NCBI GenBank assembly: GCA_000182565.2
Contig: KQ257461.1
Source of the DNA: Spizellomyces punctatus DAOM BR117
Lineage: Eukaryota
Direction: 5' to 3' (one strand)
Length of the DNA stretch: 50,801 nt
Part shown: piece by piece, positions 26,635 to 39,543 of the stretch
Layout: each line of letters starts with the position of its first letter
Position numbering within the stretch: position 1 is the stretch's first letter
Translations under genes and position numbers: made by a program
The notes under the pieces: generated by a model
Told to the model about the DNA's origin: nothing
Database searches by the model: none
What the model saw: only the letters and a program-made list of their open reading frames with translations

Positions 26635-28113
26635 ATGAAAACTCATGTCAACCTTGTTGTTGTCGGGCATCTTGGATCCGGAAAATCGACTGTGCTAGGG
26701 CACTTGATGTACAAATGGTTTGTTCCTCTCGTTGTGGAAGAGCGATAGTTTTATATCGTAGGGGTCTCATTGCTACAATGACAGTGGAGCTATTGACAAA
26801 AAAGACTTTGATAAAATTGAATGGGAGGCCATGAAGAAAGACAAACCGGAATTGAAGTATGCCTGGATTTTGGACAAACTCCGTGAAGAGCGTGAAAGAG
26901 GAACAACCATCGATATTGCTTGCGATAAGCTGGAGACGCCTCATCGCTTTGTGACCGTCAGTGATGCACCCGGCCACAAGGACTTTATCAAAAACTTGAT
27001 CACTGGGACTTCACAGGTTGCCCAAGTCTTGAGTGTTGACTGCGTCAATCGTTTTCGATGCTAACCGCCAAATATCGATGGTCCTAGGCTGATTGCGCCC
27101 TCCTGGTAGTTTCCGCAGCAGTAAACGAATATGAAACTGGTATTGCCCGCGAAGGGCAAACTAGGGAACATGCGCTTCTTGCGCACACCATGGGAGTTAG
27201 ACAACTCATTGTTGCCGTGAATAAGATGGATCAGGTCAACTGGTCACAAGAGAGATTCGAAAAAGTTCAAAAGGAATTAAGCGATATGATGGAGAAAATT
27301 GGGTACAAGCCGGAATCTGTTCCGTTTGTTCCTGTCTCTGGGTGGACCGGGGATAATCTAGTTGACCCCTCACCTAACTTGCCTTGGTTTTCCCGATGGA
27401 AAAAGCAAACCAAAAGCGGTGCTGTTGAAGGCAAAACTCTTTTGGACGCCATCGACACGATCGAGCCCCCCATACGTCCAAAAGATAAACCCCTCCGTTT
27501 ACCTATCCAAGATGTCTTCAAACTGAGCGACATTGGCACAGTGGCTGTTGGAAAGGTGGAGACTGGTGTCCTTCACCCGGGCAAGAAGGTGTTGCTTACC
27601 CCCGGCGGCATCACTACGATCGTCAAGTCGATTCAAATGCACCACGAACCCCTAAACGAGGCTCTTCCGGGCGACAATGTGGGGTTAAGCGTGGATCTTT
27701 CTATCAGAGACATCCATCGCGGCATGGTTGTTTCTAATCCGAAAGATGAGCCGGCCAAAGAAGCTGCATCTTTCATAGCTCAAATAATCATTCTCGAGCT
27801 TCCTGGGCGGATCGAAGTAGGATACACTCCCGTGATCGACGTTCACACATCGCACGTTGCATGCAAGTTTGATGAATTGATTGAAAAGGTTGATAGACGA
27901 TCGGGGAGAACGATTGCTGAGCATCCAAAATTTCTCCAAATGGGTGATGCGGCCATTGTCAAATTGAAGCCCACCAAGCCGTTGGTTGTGGAGGCATATG
28001 CGGACTATCCGGCACTGGGGAGATTTGCCATGCGGGATATGAGGGTGACTATAGCTGTTGGAATCGTGAAAAGTGTGGAAAAGGTGAGCGGAGCAGACAT
28101 TCAGAGCATATGA
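26635..28113 (+). CDS. TEF1: Divergent translation elongation factor 1-alpha (2 introns)
   Basis: [93 protein letters not shown] and [16 protein letters not shown]. Confidence 0.9.
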
Positions 28114-29167
28114 CGGAGAGCGGGCAAGCCAAATGAATGAACAAGAGCTGAGCGTAGCAATCGTCTATCTGTGAGGTGTACGTCGATAGGAAAATCTAGC
28201 ATGTGCGTGTATGCGAGGCACGTTGGTGTAAAATGTCCTTCGATAGGATAATTCTAGCATATGCGTGTAGGCCAGGCACATTGGCTACCATTCTCACTTT
28301 CCAGCAGGTCACAGATCGGTTCGCATATAATTTATTTCTCAAAACTGACGAATTACCCCCTCCATAACATTTCAATGTTCGACCTTTCCGCTATTCTTAT
28401 CGCTACTGAAGCGATTCCACTTTTTGTACTGGCCAGTGGGATCATAAATCTTTGTTGTTTCGTGTTGGCTTACCGTGTTCCAAGGCTGCGGGTTTTTGCT
28501 TGTGAAAATGGTGAGCATGTACTAAAAGCGTAACATGTGAAGCTTTCGACTTACGAGCGAGACCAGACCACTGTTTGATGACGTTAATATTACTCTGTTT
28601 TTAGCGAATTGTGGACGGTGGTCTTACCATCAGGACTGACAGACTTGTGAGCCAAAAAGTATCCAACACCAACGACGGCTCCGCCCATGACGGCTACGAG
28701 AGGATACACCTATGTCCCGCACATTGTAAGTGACCGGTCGGTCCGGGCCAGAAAAGAGTACGTACCCCAAAAGGAATTTTCAGTAATCCACCAGCCATGT
28801 CGTCAAAATGCTGCCTCTGCTAACATTTTCGGTTATCTGCTGTATGAGCATCAAAAACTTGCACAGAGGTTCTTACCAAATGCTTGTTTGGAATCCAAAG
28901 ACAGAAACAAGTGGTAAAGGACTGTTAAAGGAAGGCAACGTGCATATATCTATTTATATTCTTATATGACCCTTCTTCCTCTATTCTTCCGATGATGACA
29001 TCACTAGAGGTGGCATTCCCCCCTGCACCGTTCTTATTGTCCTTCAACAGACGACTTGCGTCGGGACTGATGACCAGAACGCGTACGTAAGCAAAGTAGC
29101 TTGGCAATCGATGACTCACTTTCCAGAGGTTCACTCTGACGGGTTGCAGAACTTGGTTATCCTGTAA

Positions 29168-30217
29168 ATGTCTACCGCCGCAAGCTCACGATCGTTCAAG
29201 TTGGCACTTGTTCAATTGCTGGTTACGTCCAGCAAAGAGGCAAACCTTCGAAACGCTCGCTCCAAAGTTCTTGAAGCTGCAAAAAATGGTGCAAACGTCG
29301 TTGTTTTGCCAGGTACGGCCGAACCGTTATTTCGGGAATTACTTTGCTCTTAACAAGAAGGCATTTTCAATAGAGTGTTTTAACTCTCCATACGGTACCC
29401 AATACTTTCCTCAATATGCCGAGCCCCTTGAGAACAGTCCATCGTCCCGCGCCTTGCAGGAAATGGCTAGAGACGCAAAGGTCTACCTAATCGGTGGGTC
29501 ATTTCCTGAGGAGAAGGAGAAAAAGTATTATAACACTTGTACAATATGGGATCCGAAGGGTGAACGACTGGGTGTCCATAGAAAGGTGCGATAGAGTCTT
29601 GTGTTTTGCATCTGAATAGATCTCCTCAAACTCACTATTTTGCGTAGATCCATCTCTTCGATATTGACGTTCCGAACAAGATCACATTCAAGGAATCTGA
29701 AATACTTTCCCCCGGATCATCCCCGACATCATTTTTGACACCATGGGGAAGAATTGGAGTAGGCATCTGTTACGATATTCGGTTTCCTGAACTGGCCATG
29801 ATTGCTGCGAGAAAGGGTTGCGTGGCTATGATATATCCTGGAGCTTTTAATATGACGACTGGACCATTGCATGTAAGAGACGTTTTGTGTGTCGCGTCAT
29901 TATCTGTGATAGTGAGTGGGAGCTGATTCTCAAATCAACCATCACAGTGGGAACTTCTTCAACGCGCTCGTGCCGTTGACAATCAAATCTATGTCAGCGC
30001 ATGTTCTCCTGCCCGTGATCCCAACTCTTCCTATATTGCTTGGGGCCACTCTACAGTCGTTGATCCACTGGGTGTCGTCGTCGCTACAACGGATGAAAAA
30101 GAAAGCATTACTTATGCCGATATTGATTTGGAAAAGATTGATGAAGCTCGACAGAATATTCCCGTGACCTCGCAGAGGAGGTTCGATGTATATCCGGATG
30201 TGAGTGCAGGAAATTGA
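29168..30217 (+). CDS. NIT3: Omega-amidase (nitrilase family, NIT2/Nit3-like), multi-exon
   Basis: [18 protein letters not shown] (Glu), HRKIHLFDID (Lys), [10 protein letters not shown] (Cys), [14 protein letters not shown] and RAVDNQ. Confidence 0.93.
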
Positions 30218-30408
30218 TAGTTCGTATAGGTTCACTGTTAGGATCAATGTAGTTATTATGTAGAGTGTGCTTATGTAGAATGGTAATGGAAGCTTTGCAG
30301 CTCATTCTGTAAAATTGTGTACTATTCCTGACGTGAAGCAGAACAGAGTGACGAAAATACATTAACGGCATATATGCCTAAATAAACCAATGTAATAAAG
30401 AATAAAAC

Positions 30409-31496
30409 CTAATCATCTCGTCGCTTGAAGAATCTAAACTGAATTATCATGCCAATAATCGCAAAGGCGATCATTGAACATAACAGGGCGATTACTTTGC
30501 CATTGCGCCTTTTCAAGGGTAAGGAAAAGTGAGTTAATCGTTACAATGGAAGTTGCGGGTCATGACTTACTCGAAAACCGTATAACTGAATTTATTCTCT
30601 CCCACCAGAAATTGTCTTGTGGAATCTGTGAATCCCGTTCGTGCATAGCAGTCAATCCCGAATACAATACTGTATGCACCTCCAATACTTGTCGCAACAA
30701 CGAGAAGAATTTTTTGAAAAAAGGAGATGGCGAGGCCCCCTACTCCTGTCATGGCAGCGAGGAAAATGATACGGCCCTTCGCTGTACCGATCTGGTTTTT
30801 GCAGGAATTACTAAAGTCAGGACACCGGACTTGAATAGCAAGTAATTTAGGAGACATACCACACCACCTGTTTGCCATGACAAAATGAACATTGCAAACA
30901 AAAATCCTGCAGCCGCTCCGATAGCCACGAGACCCAATCTCCATACACAGAGCGCCAACCCCCCGCCGATGACACCAGATGCGAGCGGACCAAGGAGAAG
31001 AACAGTATTTCGATTTGGAAATCCCGTAGAGGGTTCGACGGCGGTAAGGATCAAATAGCCGACCAAAGCTTGCCAAAACAGTTAGACTCAACTGGATCAC
31101 GAAGACTGATAGGGTGGAATTGCCTACCAGTGACGAAAAATCCACCAACGAAAAGCGTGACTTTAAAAAATCGTTGTCCGAAAAAGAGGAGAAATACACC
31201 AACAACAAGTGTTATGGCACCCAAGACGGCGGTCTGGGCGATAATCTCTCGTGCCTTGTTGAGTATGTCCAAGGCACCTGCGCTTACAAAATCAGTCAAG
31301 AGTTCTCCTGTATCTTCCACTTGCAGGTTCACAACCCACCACCATCACCGCCATCTCCTCCTCCATCACCAGTTGGTGTCGCTGTTGGCGATGGGGTTGC
31401 TGAGGTTGTACTGGTTTGTGCAGCTGCATGCGTGAGTTGCCATAGGAAAAAAATTACCCACACGCTCAATTTCGGTGGTATTAGGGTAGAGCCCAT
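30409..31496 (-). CDS. Multi-pass membrane protein, DUF4203 / TM7S3-TMEM198-like
   Basis: Signal peptide MGSTLIPPKLSVWVIFFLWQLTHAAA and a Thr/Gly linker, then FFGQRFFKVTLFVGGF, GVIGGGL, ATSIGGAYSIVFGIDCY and GMIIQ. Confidence 0.75.
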
Positions 31497-32464
31497 AGCT
31501 CATGTATTTTAGGATGATGTGATGATTCAACTAACGGAGCCAAATGCGGAAGAGCCATATTTTATAATGTTAGATGCTGCCAAGACTTTTAGCCAGTGTC
31601 GGGCCAACGCGAGAGCAAAACACGGATCTAAAATTGGGGGTTCAGTTCTTGGCTTGTTACCCAATCTAGTATTGGGGATCTTGAGAATATCGAATAGCTG
31701 CGGGCGAAACCTTCAAATCCTCATCGTTACATATAGTCCGCTATAAGACATCTCGGATACCATGCTCGTAATACTGGCAAATCAACATGTGGGATATCAA
31801 CACATTAAATGAGAAAACTGTCGCCACACACAACCACGGAGGGAAAACGAAGATGACTGATACTGAGAGCAAAAAGTCGTCAAATAAAGTGTATGACTGA
31901 CCAATAGTCGGATGTATTCCAATACAGTAATCCCGCCTCGCACCCGTATATTAAGCAACAGAATTTAAGTCCTTCCAAAGTAACGACCAGTCAACGTGCG
32001 TGATGCGCAGCCTACATGTGCGCTTCTGCTGAAGGGTATAAAACGATACCGGTTTCAGAAGCCGTCCAGAAACCCCGCTACGCTTGCCAGATCGGCCTTA
32101 ACGTCAGCACAGCGGAGTTTAGGAACTTCCACGCGCGCTTACGAAAGACGCGTTAAAACGCTTCGCTTCAAGAGGTTTTCGAAGATTCAGGGTTAGGATG
32201 CGCGCGCATGGCCAAAAAACGAACGTGCGTAAGCAGTTAGAAAGGTAGCTTCAATAAGAAGAAGGAATACGGAAGTAATGCGTGAAGGTTCTGTCGAATA
32301 AGATGGTCTTCTTGAGTGCTGCGGGAATGATGCGCTCGATGTTTATATAAAGGGCATTTGCTGGGGATGGGTCCCCCGATTTCTCCACCGATTTGTGCAG
32401 CAAAAGTTTTCCCAACTGTCTCTTTCCATTGGACCCCACTTTATCAGAATATCACCTAGCAATA

Positions 32465-32951
32465 ATGAGTGTCGTGGCGCGAACAACTTTTTGGGCTTTG
32501 CTGTTTGCCTTCTTTGCCGTTTGGATGAATGGGGTAAGTCCGTATCGCTGCGCAAGCTCTTGTCGTTTATAGCTCTAAGCACCACCGAAATCTTACCCAC
32601 ATAACATAGGTCACAGTAACAGCTATCCCTGCTGTCCGCGACATAGCCGCTGAAAACAACATCATCCCCTGCTCCGGTGCGCGAGCAATGACCATCCTGC
32701 CAACCGACAACAACGACACAACGACCCTTGGCCAACTCGTCATCGTTAATGACTCACCTCCCAACCGCGAATACACCTTCACTTTGACTCTTTCGCTTCC
32801 CGATGGTGCTGTGGAGGTTTCCCCTAGCGGATTAGTCACACTGGTGACGAGCCTAGGCAAAAATAAGGCGGTGGGCTTTAAAGCCGAGGCAAATGCGGTC
32901 ATTCCGCCCGTTGATACGATCTCGCAGTTTTTCTTGATTCAGATGATTTGA
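32465..32951 (+). CDS. Small predicted secreted protein (~136 aa), unknown function
   Basis: Exon 1 (32465-32533) reads MSVVARTTFWALLFAFFAVWMNG. GTAAGT...CATAG intron at 32534-32609. Exon 2 is in frame with ORF 32688..32951. TATA-like TTTATATAA near 32342. Confidence 0.65.
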
Positions 32952-33917
32952 GATGGTGCGTATGCACAAATACGGCATGTGTACATAGGGGGTATTATTG
33001 TGCGGTTAAAGTGTGAAAGTATGAATAATTATGTATTTAGAAAGAATATTGTCAATTTCAAAAAACACTCTTTATCACTTGATTGGTTGTGGGCGGCGCA
33101 GTAACAATATTAGCCTCTAGGTTGGGTATTTCATCGCCTCGTTCTCTATCTACGTGTGCATCTCGTCCGCCTGTGGTCACATTACAGCGACTCAACTCTC
33201 TCCATACAACCATCTTTTTGGACACATACTTTAAGCCAAATAATGAGTTACCAAAAGAAGCAGACGATGAAGCTGTCGATATCGCTCACTGAAGGTTTCA
33301 TCATGAAAAAAGAGGAGATATTGAGGATGACCACCACCCAGCTATACCTAAATGCTTTGGTGGTGTAGGTCCGATATATATGCATTTGATAGATAAGAAG
33401 GTGGGCCTTCTTAATGGCACGACATTGTCAAATCGACAGCGTTCCATGGTGTGAGTATGCTACCTTGCGTTCATCAAGCTACACTGCAGGATCCAGTGGT
33501 ATTGAATCAAAGGTCAGTAGGGTAGTCCGGAAACACAACCGACAATATGGCTGTGGAGCTTCTTACCTTGTAAAGAATGTTTGAACACGATATTACAAGC
33601 AGCTCGCTGCAGGCCCTTGATGCCCCAATGTCAAAACACTTTATCAGACAAAAACAGATAAACTCAAAAGGCATTTGAGTTAATGTGCTTCCCTGTGCAG
33701 CTGTACCATCTGGTGCGGAGGAAACTTCACCGCTATACATATCTCCTAAAACATGGCAGAACGTTAAACGATGTGCAAGCTAACCACGTGAATATCTCAT
33801 TTAGCCCAATATGGTATAAATTAAAGTGTGCAATCCGTTGCAAACAGCCGCAGTGAAAAAAGTGGTTTTGAAATTCAGCTCTTGTTCCATTACCCACTTT
33901 GCTCTGTCCGCAAGACG

Positions 33918-34819
33918 ATGCCCCATTGGCAAACAATGGGTCTACAGCACCTGCTCCTCATGTTGCTGGGTTTGACCTTGCTGTCATGCCCAGCAACATT
34001 CGGAAAAATGACAGCCGAACAAAAACGGATTCAGAAAGAACTTGCCGATAAGGCGGACAAGGAGATCATGTTTTTGGACCACAACGTTTTGGATACAGTG
34101 ATTCAGAATGAAGCTTGGCTGGTCTTTTATGGGGCGAATTGGTGTCCATATACTCAACGGTGAGATCTAATCATTATGATTCAGGCATGGAAAGCCGATA
34201 AACTGACAACCGTTCAATGTAAACAGGTTCACACCCAAATGGCTCGAAGTGCAAAACCGATTCCTCCAAAAAAAGTACGCAGACCGGGGCATCCACATTG
34301 GAAAAGTCGAATGCAGTATACCGGACGTTTACCATGGTGTAGCGGACTTTTGTACCAACCACGGGGTGGACGGGTTTCCTACCGTCAATGTATACATTAA
34401 CGGGACACTCATTGAGGAATACCCGGAGGCAGATGAGATTGATCCTTTGATGTCATATATTGACCGGTTGGTGGTCAAGTATGAGGAGAAGAAGGCGGCA
34501 GAAGCGTTGGTAAAGGCTCAAGCACAGAAAGCGGATGCAAAGACTAGCAAGTTGGACAACGTGGAAATGAACAAGACATTGGCGCAGGCGCCTGTTGAAA
34601 ACACACTTGTTCAGCACGTTAGTAGCTACATAATTGATGCATACCTCGAACATCTTGCTCTGGATATTGCGCTAACGTCTGCTCTGTAAATAGTCCAAAT
34701 CCAATCCAGCTCCCTACCTCATCGTTGCGGGTGGCCTGATAGCCAGTATGTGTGGCATCATTCTCTACCGACGACGGCAGGCCGCATTAAAGGGAGCCTA
34801 CCGTCGTGTCGATTTGTGA
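33918..34819 (+). CDS. Secretory-pathway thioredoxin/PDI-fold type I membrane protein with CxxT motif
   Basis: Signal peptide, WLVFYGANWCPYTQRFTPKW, IGKVEC, GVDGFPT. Last exon gives a TM segment YLIVAGGLIASMCGIILY and the tail RRRQAALKGAYRRVDL. Confidence 0.85.
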
Positions 34820-35266
34820 GTGAGTTATTGTGAATGTTTCATGGCAGGATTCCTTTGGATATTCATGTTATCGAAACTATTTAGGGATGTTGCGGTTCTT
34901 TGGGAAGACTCCAGTAGGACCGATAAGATGGCTTAACGTCACATGTGTTGGCCTATACGATTTCTATGATTGCACTCGTACCTACTTTCTTTTTGGCATT
35001 GGGTCCTGTTCTTTAATTTTTTATTCTATATAATAGAAATGGTCTTGACAGTAGCTGCTCCCGGCGTAGGGAAGCTGGACAAAAAATATGGGGTACAAAA
35101 CACTCCTCGAAAAAGAGGGCAGGAATTGATCCTATTATTGCATAGAATGAGACTATCTATTCTAACTATCTATTCTGTCTATAAGTAACATCAACATAGA
35201 GTCCGACCGAATTTTTATGCGCTACCTTTTACAGGGAGCTTACAGATCCAGCTGATAAACTCACGC

Positions 35267-36770
35267 TCAAAAGATGGCAACCCCGGCAGCGGCGACGACA
35301 GCAAACAAGATGGAGCTGACGGCCTTGAGGGGGGAGGCAGCAGAGTAGATGGGAGTAGGCGAGGTCGTTGGTTTGGGGTACGATGGGGTGGCCGTTTCGG
35401 TGGGGTCCACAGTCACAGTGATGGTCGAGGTGGTAGAGCAACTGGTATGTTCTGCAGGTTGAGTCGTAGTTGCGATGCTCGAAGTCGTACCACTGGTAGC
35501 CGTTGCGGATTGCGTGGTCGTGGCAATGGACGTAGTGGTGGTGGAATTGGAAGCAGGTTGACCAGCCAAGATAATGTCCATAAACTTGGCCAAGCGGTAA
35601 CCTCCCTTTGCGATCTGCTTCCGAACGATTGGGTAAGTCTTTTGGTAGTATTCTCCCGCCAAGTCATTGGCCGTGCTGGTCCCAGTGCCAGCAAGGAGAG
35701 CCTTGTCCCAAACGACGCCACAGTTGAACTCGTTTGAGTCGGTCGCCCAGTCCAATGGACATTGATCGGGGTTCCCGGTGGGGGAAGTGGTTGGGTTGCA
35801 CTGGAGCCAAGTGTCCTTTTCCTGGGCCCATTCTCCCTTTTCTGATATATATAGATTCAGTTGGCGTACGATAGGGATTGTAACCAGCAGCAAAATGCTC
35901 TTACCGATGTTGTCCAGCAGGAACTGTCGGTATGCAACCCAGTTTCCACCAAAGTTTTCATTTACATCCTTTTGGGGAATGTAGACGTCCCAGAGAACGT
36001 GTAGCTGAAATTTGCTTGTACGGCCGTTGTAAACGTAGGTCTGGTTCCCTTCCCACTGCGCATGACGGCATCGTTAGTGCGATCCAAAAAAAAAAAAAAA
36101 AAGAAAGCCCACACTTTCTGCTGATTGTATACGCACTGTAGTAAAGAACTGGTTTCCACCGAGAAGCTTGCCACAAGCATGAAGCGGTTGGGTAATGTCT
36201 CCGACAAAGTGCGACAAGAACTTGACGGCCTCGGAGCGGGCGTCCCAGTTGTATTTGGCAGCATCCGCCGCGCGGAGAGTGTAATTTCCAATGGCATCGA
36301 CCACGTTAACGCCATTCTCGCCGTCCCGGGCCAAGTCCACTGAGCATTTCACGGGATTGGTCTCATTTGCGTCCAGAGGGGTCACGTCGTGGCTGTCAAT
36401 AAAGTGAAGGTTGCTAGCCCACTTGACTGATAAATTTAAAATTTTGATCAGTACTATAGTGAACAAATGTCGTAATATGCAACACTAGACTCACAAGTGG
36501 GATCTGACTTTATCTCATCGGCCCATGTTGCCGATCTGGTAAAGTTCCAGCCAGAAGGCAACAAAAAGTCACGCACAGCCTTTGTCTCTGGCTTGAGCAG
36601 CGAGTCGGCAATAAAGCCCACCGCCTGGTGTCCTAAAGTCAAATAAAAAGTGTTTGAAAATGGATTTGACATTTTCCTACGCATAACATGAACGTACCAT
36701 CGGCACCCCACGCATAGGCAGATCCAGCCAAGGAAATCACAGTCGAAAGGATGGCAAGCTTTGCGTGCAT
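35267..36770 (-). CDS. S1/P1 nuclease with Ser/Thr-rich stalk and GPI-signal-like C-terminus
   Basis: Signal peptide then WGADGH, ATWADEIK, LHFID, FLSHFVGDITQPLH, LHVLWD and QIAKGGYRLA. A T/S-rich region and hydrophobic end SILFAVVAAAGVAIF follow. Confidence 0.93.
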
Positions 36771-37373
36771 CTTGAAGTGATCGGATATGCAACGACGAAA
36801 ACGGGTGGGGAAACCAGTTGCTTTATGCGATTTTATAAATGCATCTGTTCCATACTGCACGTGTGCGCACACACGCCAAGTAAACGGGAAAAAAACAAAA
36901 AGATAGCACACTTCCGCTGTTGCAAAAACCTCACTTCAAGCAAATTGTGGAATAATTTGTTTGTATTCGTTGGGTGTCCAAAAAGTAGCACGCGGTCGAT
37001 GCTTAAGTAATCGACTTTGGGCGTGCAGTTTAACCCCGCTGGTTGGCCTTTTCGTTTTTATTTTTTTCAAGGCGATGATAGATGGGATTTCAACTCATTT
37101 TCGGCAAAGGGCTTTTCACGAGTTACTTGATGACTTTTAGCAGAGGTATTGTTGAGGTCAGGAATGGCCATTGGTCCCGGCAGTCGAGTCCAAAGCGGCT
37201 GGCAGCATGAGTGGTAACAAAAAAAGAGAGATATCCCAAATTACAATTACCCTGTAATATCCCTATATCCACAAAACTTTTGCACGCTGTTTTATTCAAA
37301 GCCACATTACAAGAAATGTTTCATAACACCAGCTATACAGCCCATATCCTTTGGCTACTTATGTCGGTCTACT

Positions 37374-38685
37374 TTAAACCGCCAACTCACCCCTCTGACC
37401 CATCTCGACATTGCCAGCCTTGGGATTATTCCACCACATTGCATCAAATGGTGCACCCGCTACACCGCCCTCTCCTGTTCCCCACCCTGCTTTCCGGGTA
37501 GCTGGAAGAACAACCATAGTGTCAGGTGGTTGCGCGATAGAGTACTTGAATCCTGACGCAGTGCGACGAGGAAGTGGGACATGGTTGAATCGATAGTCAA
37601 AGAGAGAAGCGTATTGGAAGCGATATGCTCCCGTTGCGATCATGGAGCCGATAATGGCACCACCTATGACATCGTACCCTGTATATTTTATTTGGAATTA
37701 GCTAGTGATCTGAAAGAGTTTCAAAAATTGAACGCAGCTTACAGTGGTGGTACTTGTCAATGGTAAGTGACCCGGCAATGAGGGTTGCGGCAAGGATAGG
37801 GGCAAAAAACAGAACGAGTTTCCAGTATTGTGGGCGATCTGAAAAAAGAAGTATGTTACAATCTCACGTATTGGAGAAATGAGGCAGATAGTCAAACCTA
37901 CAATTTGCGAAAACCTTCAACTTTGCATTCAAATACCAAGACAAGAACAAAAACCCAGCAAAAGCCGCCGTAGAATGTCCACTAGGGAAACTCTCTAGCG
38001 AGTCATTGATTTCTTTATCATCTCCCGTACACACACTGCGATCAACCATGATTCCATCAAATCCTTGACCGGCGTTGGCTAATGCGGGGTCGATGCGAGG
38101 TTTGCAGACAGCGTAAAAGTGTGGACGAAGACCTCCAATGAGCCATTTGAGAAAGACTTGGAAAACTGCCGCAGTGACTATTGAAAGGCCGGGGATATAA
38201 GTTAATCAGTAAAACTCGGCAAGGTAAACCGGTGAAAAACACGACAAGAAAACCTCACCTAAACTCATTATCAAACCCATAACAGCAGCATTAAAATCCA
38301 CAAAACTCCTTACTCGGATTTGAAGTAGGCAGAAGAAAACAAAAGGAACCATGAAACCCAAAAAGGCAGCCAACCAAATAGGAATAATGTTTGTTCGTAG
38401 AGGATAAGCAAATTCGGGGTAGATCACTTCTCCATCTCGAAAGTAGATTGGGAACAGGCGGTTGGGTGCTGGGCGGAGGTAATAGATACCTAGACCAAGA
38501 GCACCCATGCATGCGAGGGTCAACCAGTCTAGCCAGTACGAATGGATGTATGTTCTGGGTGTGAGTTTTGGGTATGCATTCGGACCGGGTTGGATAGAGT
38601 ATTGGTTTGGAGCAGGTTGAGCAGGGTGGAGAGAGCCTTCGCCCGGGATGGTTGCTGCACTGGGTTGACGGTTGGCTGCCATCAT
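37374..38685 (-). CDS. PAP2-family lipid phosphate phosphatase (DPP1/LPP1-like), multi-exon
   Basis: SYWLDWL, FAYPL, KWLIGGLRPHF, SFPSGHS, and TIDKYHH|WYDV across an intron. Confidence 0.9.
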
Positions 38686-39543
38686 GATTTACTGTGTCGG
38701 TTTCTGCTGGTGCCGGGAAACACAATCAAGCGTCGGATCTGCGAATGAAAATCAAAAGGTAAAATCATCGGAAGGGGCTTTTATAGATCTTCGGAAGGGT
38801 TCCTTGAAGGTATTCGATCATCGAAGGGGGTGACGTAACCAACCGATTGCGTCACGGACTCACGCGCGCACACATCGTTTATTGAATAAACAATCACTTT
38901 GTGTATTGGCACGGAATATGGAAAACATGACGACGAATATCGCTTTTTTTTTTTCATTCAACAGCTACTTGTACTTGGCATCTGACGTTTTTCTGACTTA
39001 GCATATCGGTCCAATGTCAAATGTCAACTTGGATGGGAAGCATATTTGGTCATTTGAGATGTATTTTAAACGGTATTTACATGAAAAAGAGAGCGACATG
39101 TGCAAGTCCCCCAATCCATTCTGTCACTCTCTCAAACGCATCCAAAACAGCATATCCTTCTGGAGCAAACATCCATTTGCACACCTGCGCGCGCAGATGG
39201 TCTCAAGAGTCTGGCATAGTCAGTCTGGCAAGCGGGGTAATAGGTTAGCGTTTCAAAGCAGAAAGGATAGAACGTTGAGTGTGCAAGTTCAGCAACCCCA
39301 TTACCTTGTTCCTATGAAAATGCCAGGTAAACTGCAATCTCGGCCATCTGCCTGCTTTTTGATGTGCCATCAAACACAAATCCGATTAGAGTCAGGACCA
39401 AGTTCAGAGAAAAACCAGAGATGTTTTTTATTTTCCCCCAACTCTATTTACATGCCACCAATCGTGCCAGTCTGGTTTCCGAGCAACAACATGTATGCTC
39501 TTTGTTGCCTTTTCCAGCGACCAACAGAAAACTTCCGCGCACC

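Noticed and set aside
26635-28113. EFL, HBS1 or eRF3
   Set aside because: No N-terminal extension and no evident EFL-type insertions; the motifs follow EF-1alpha throughout.
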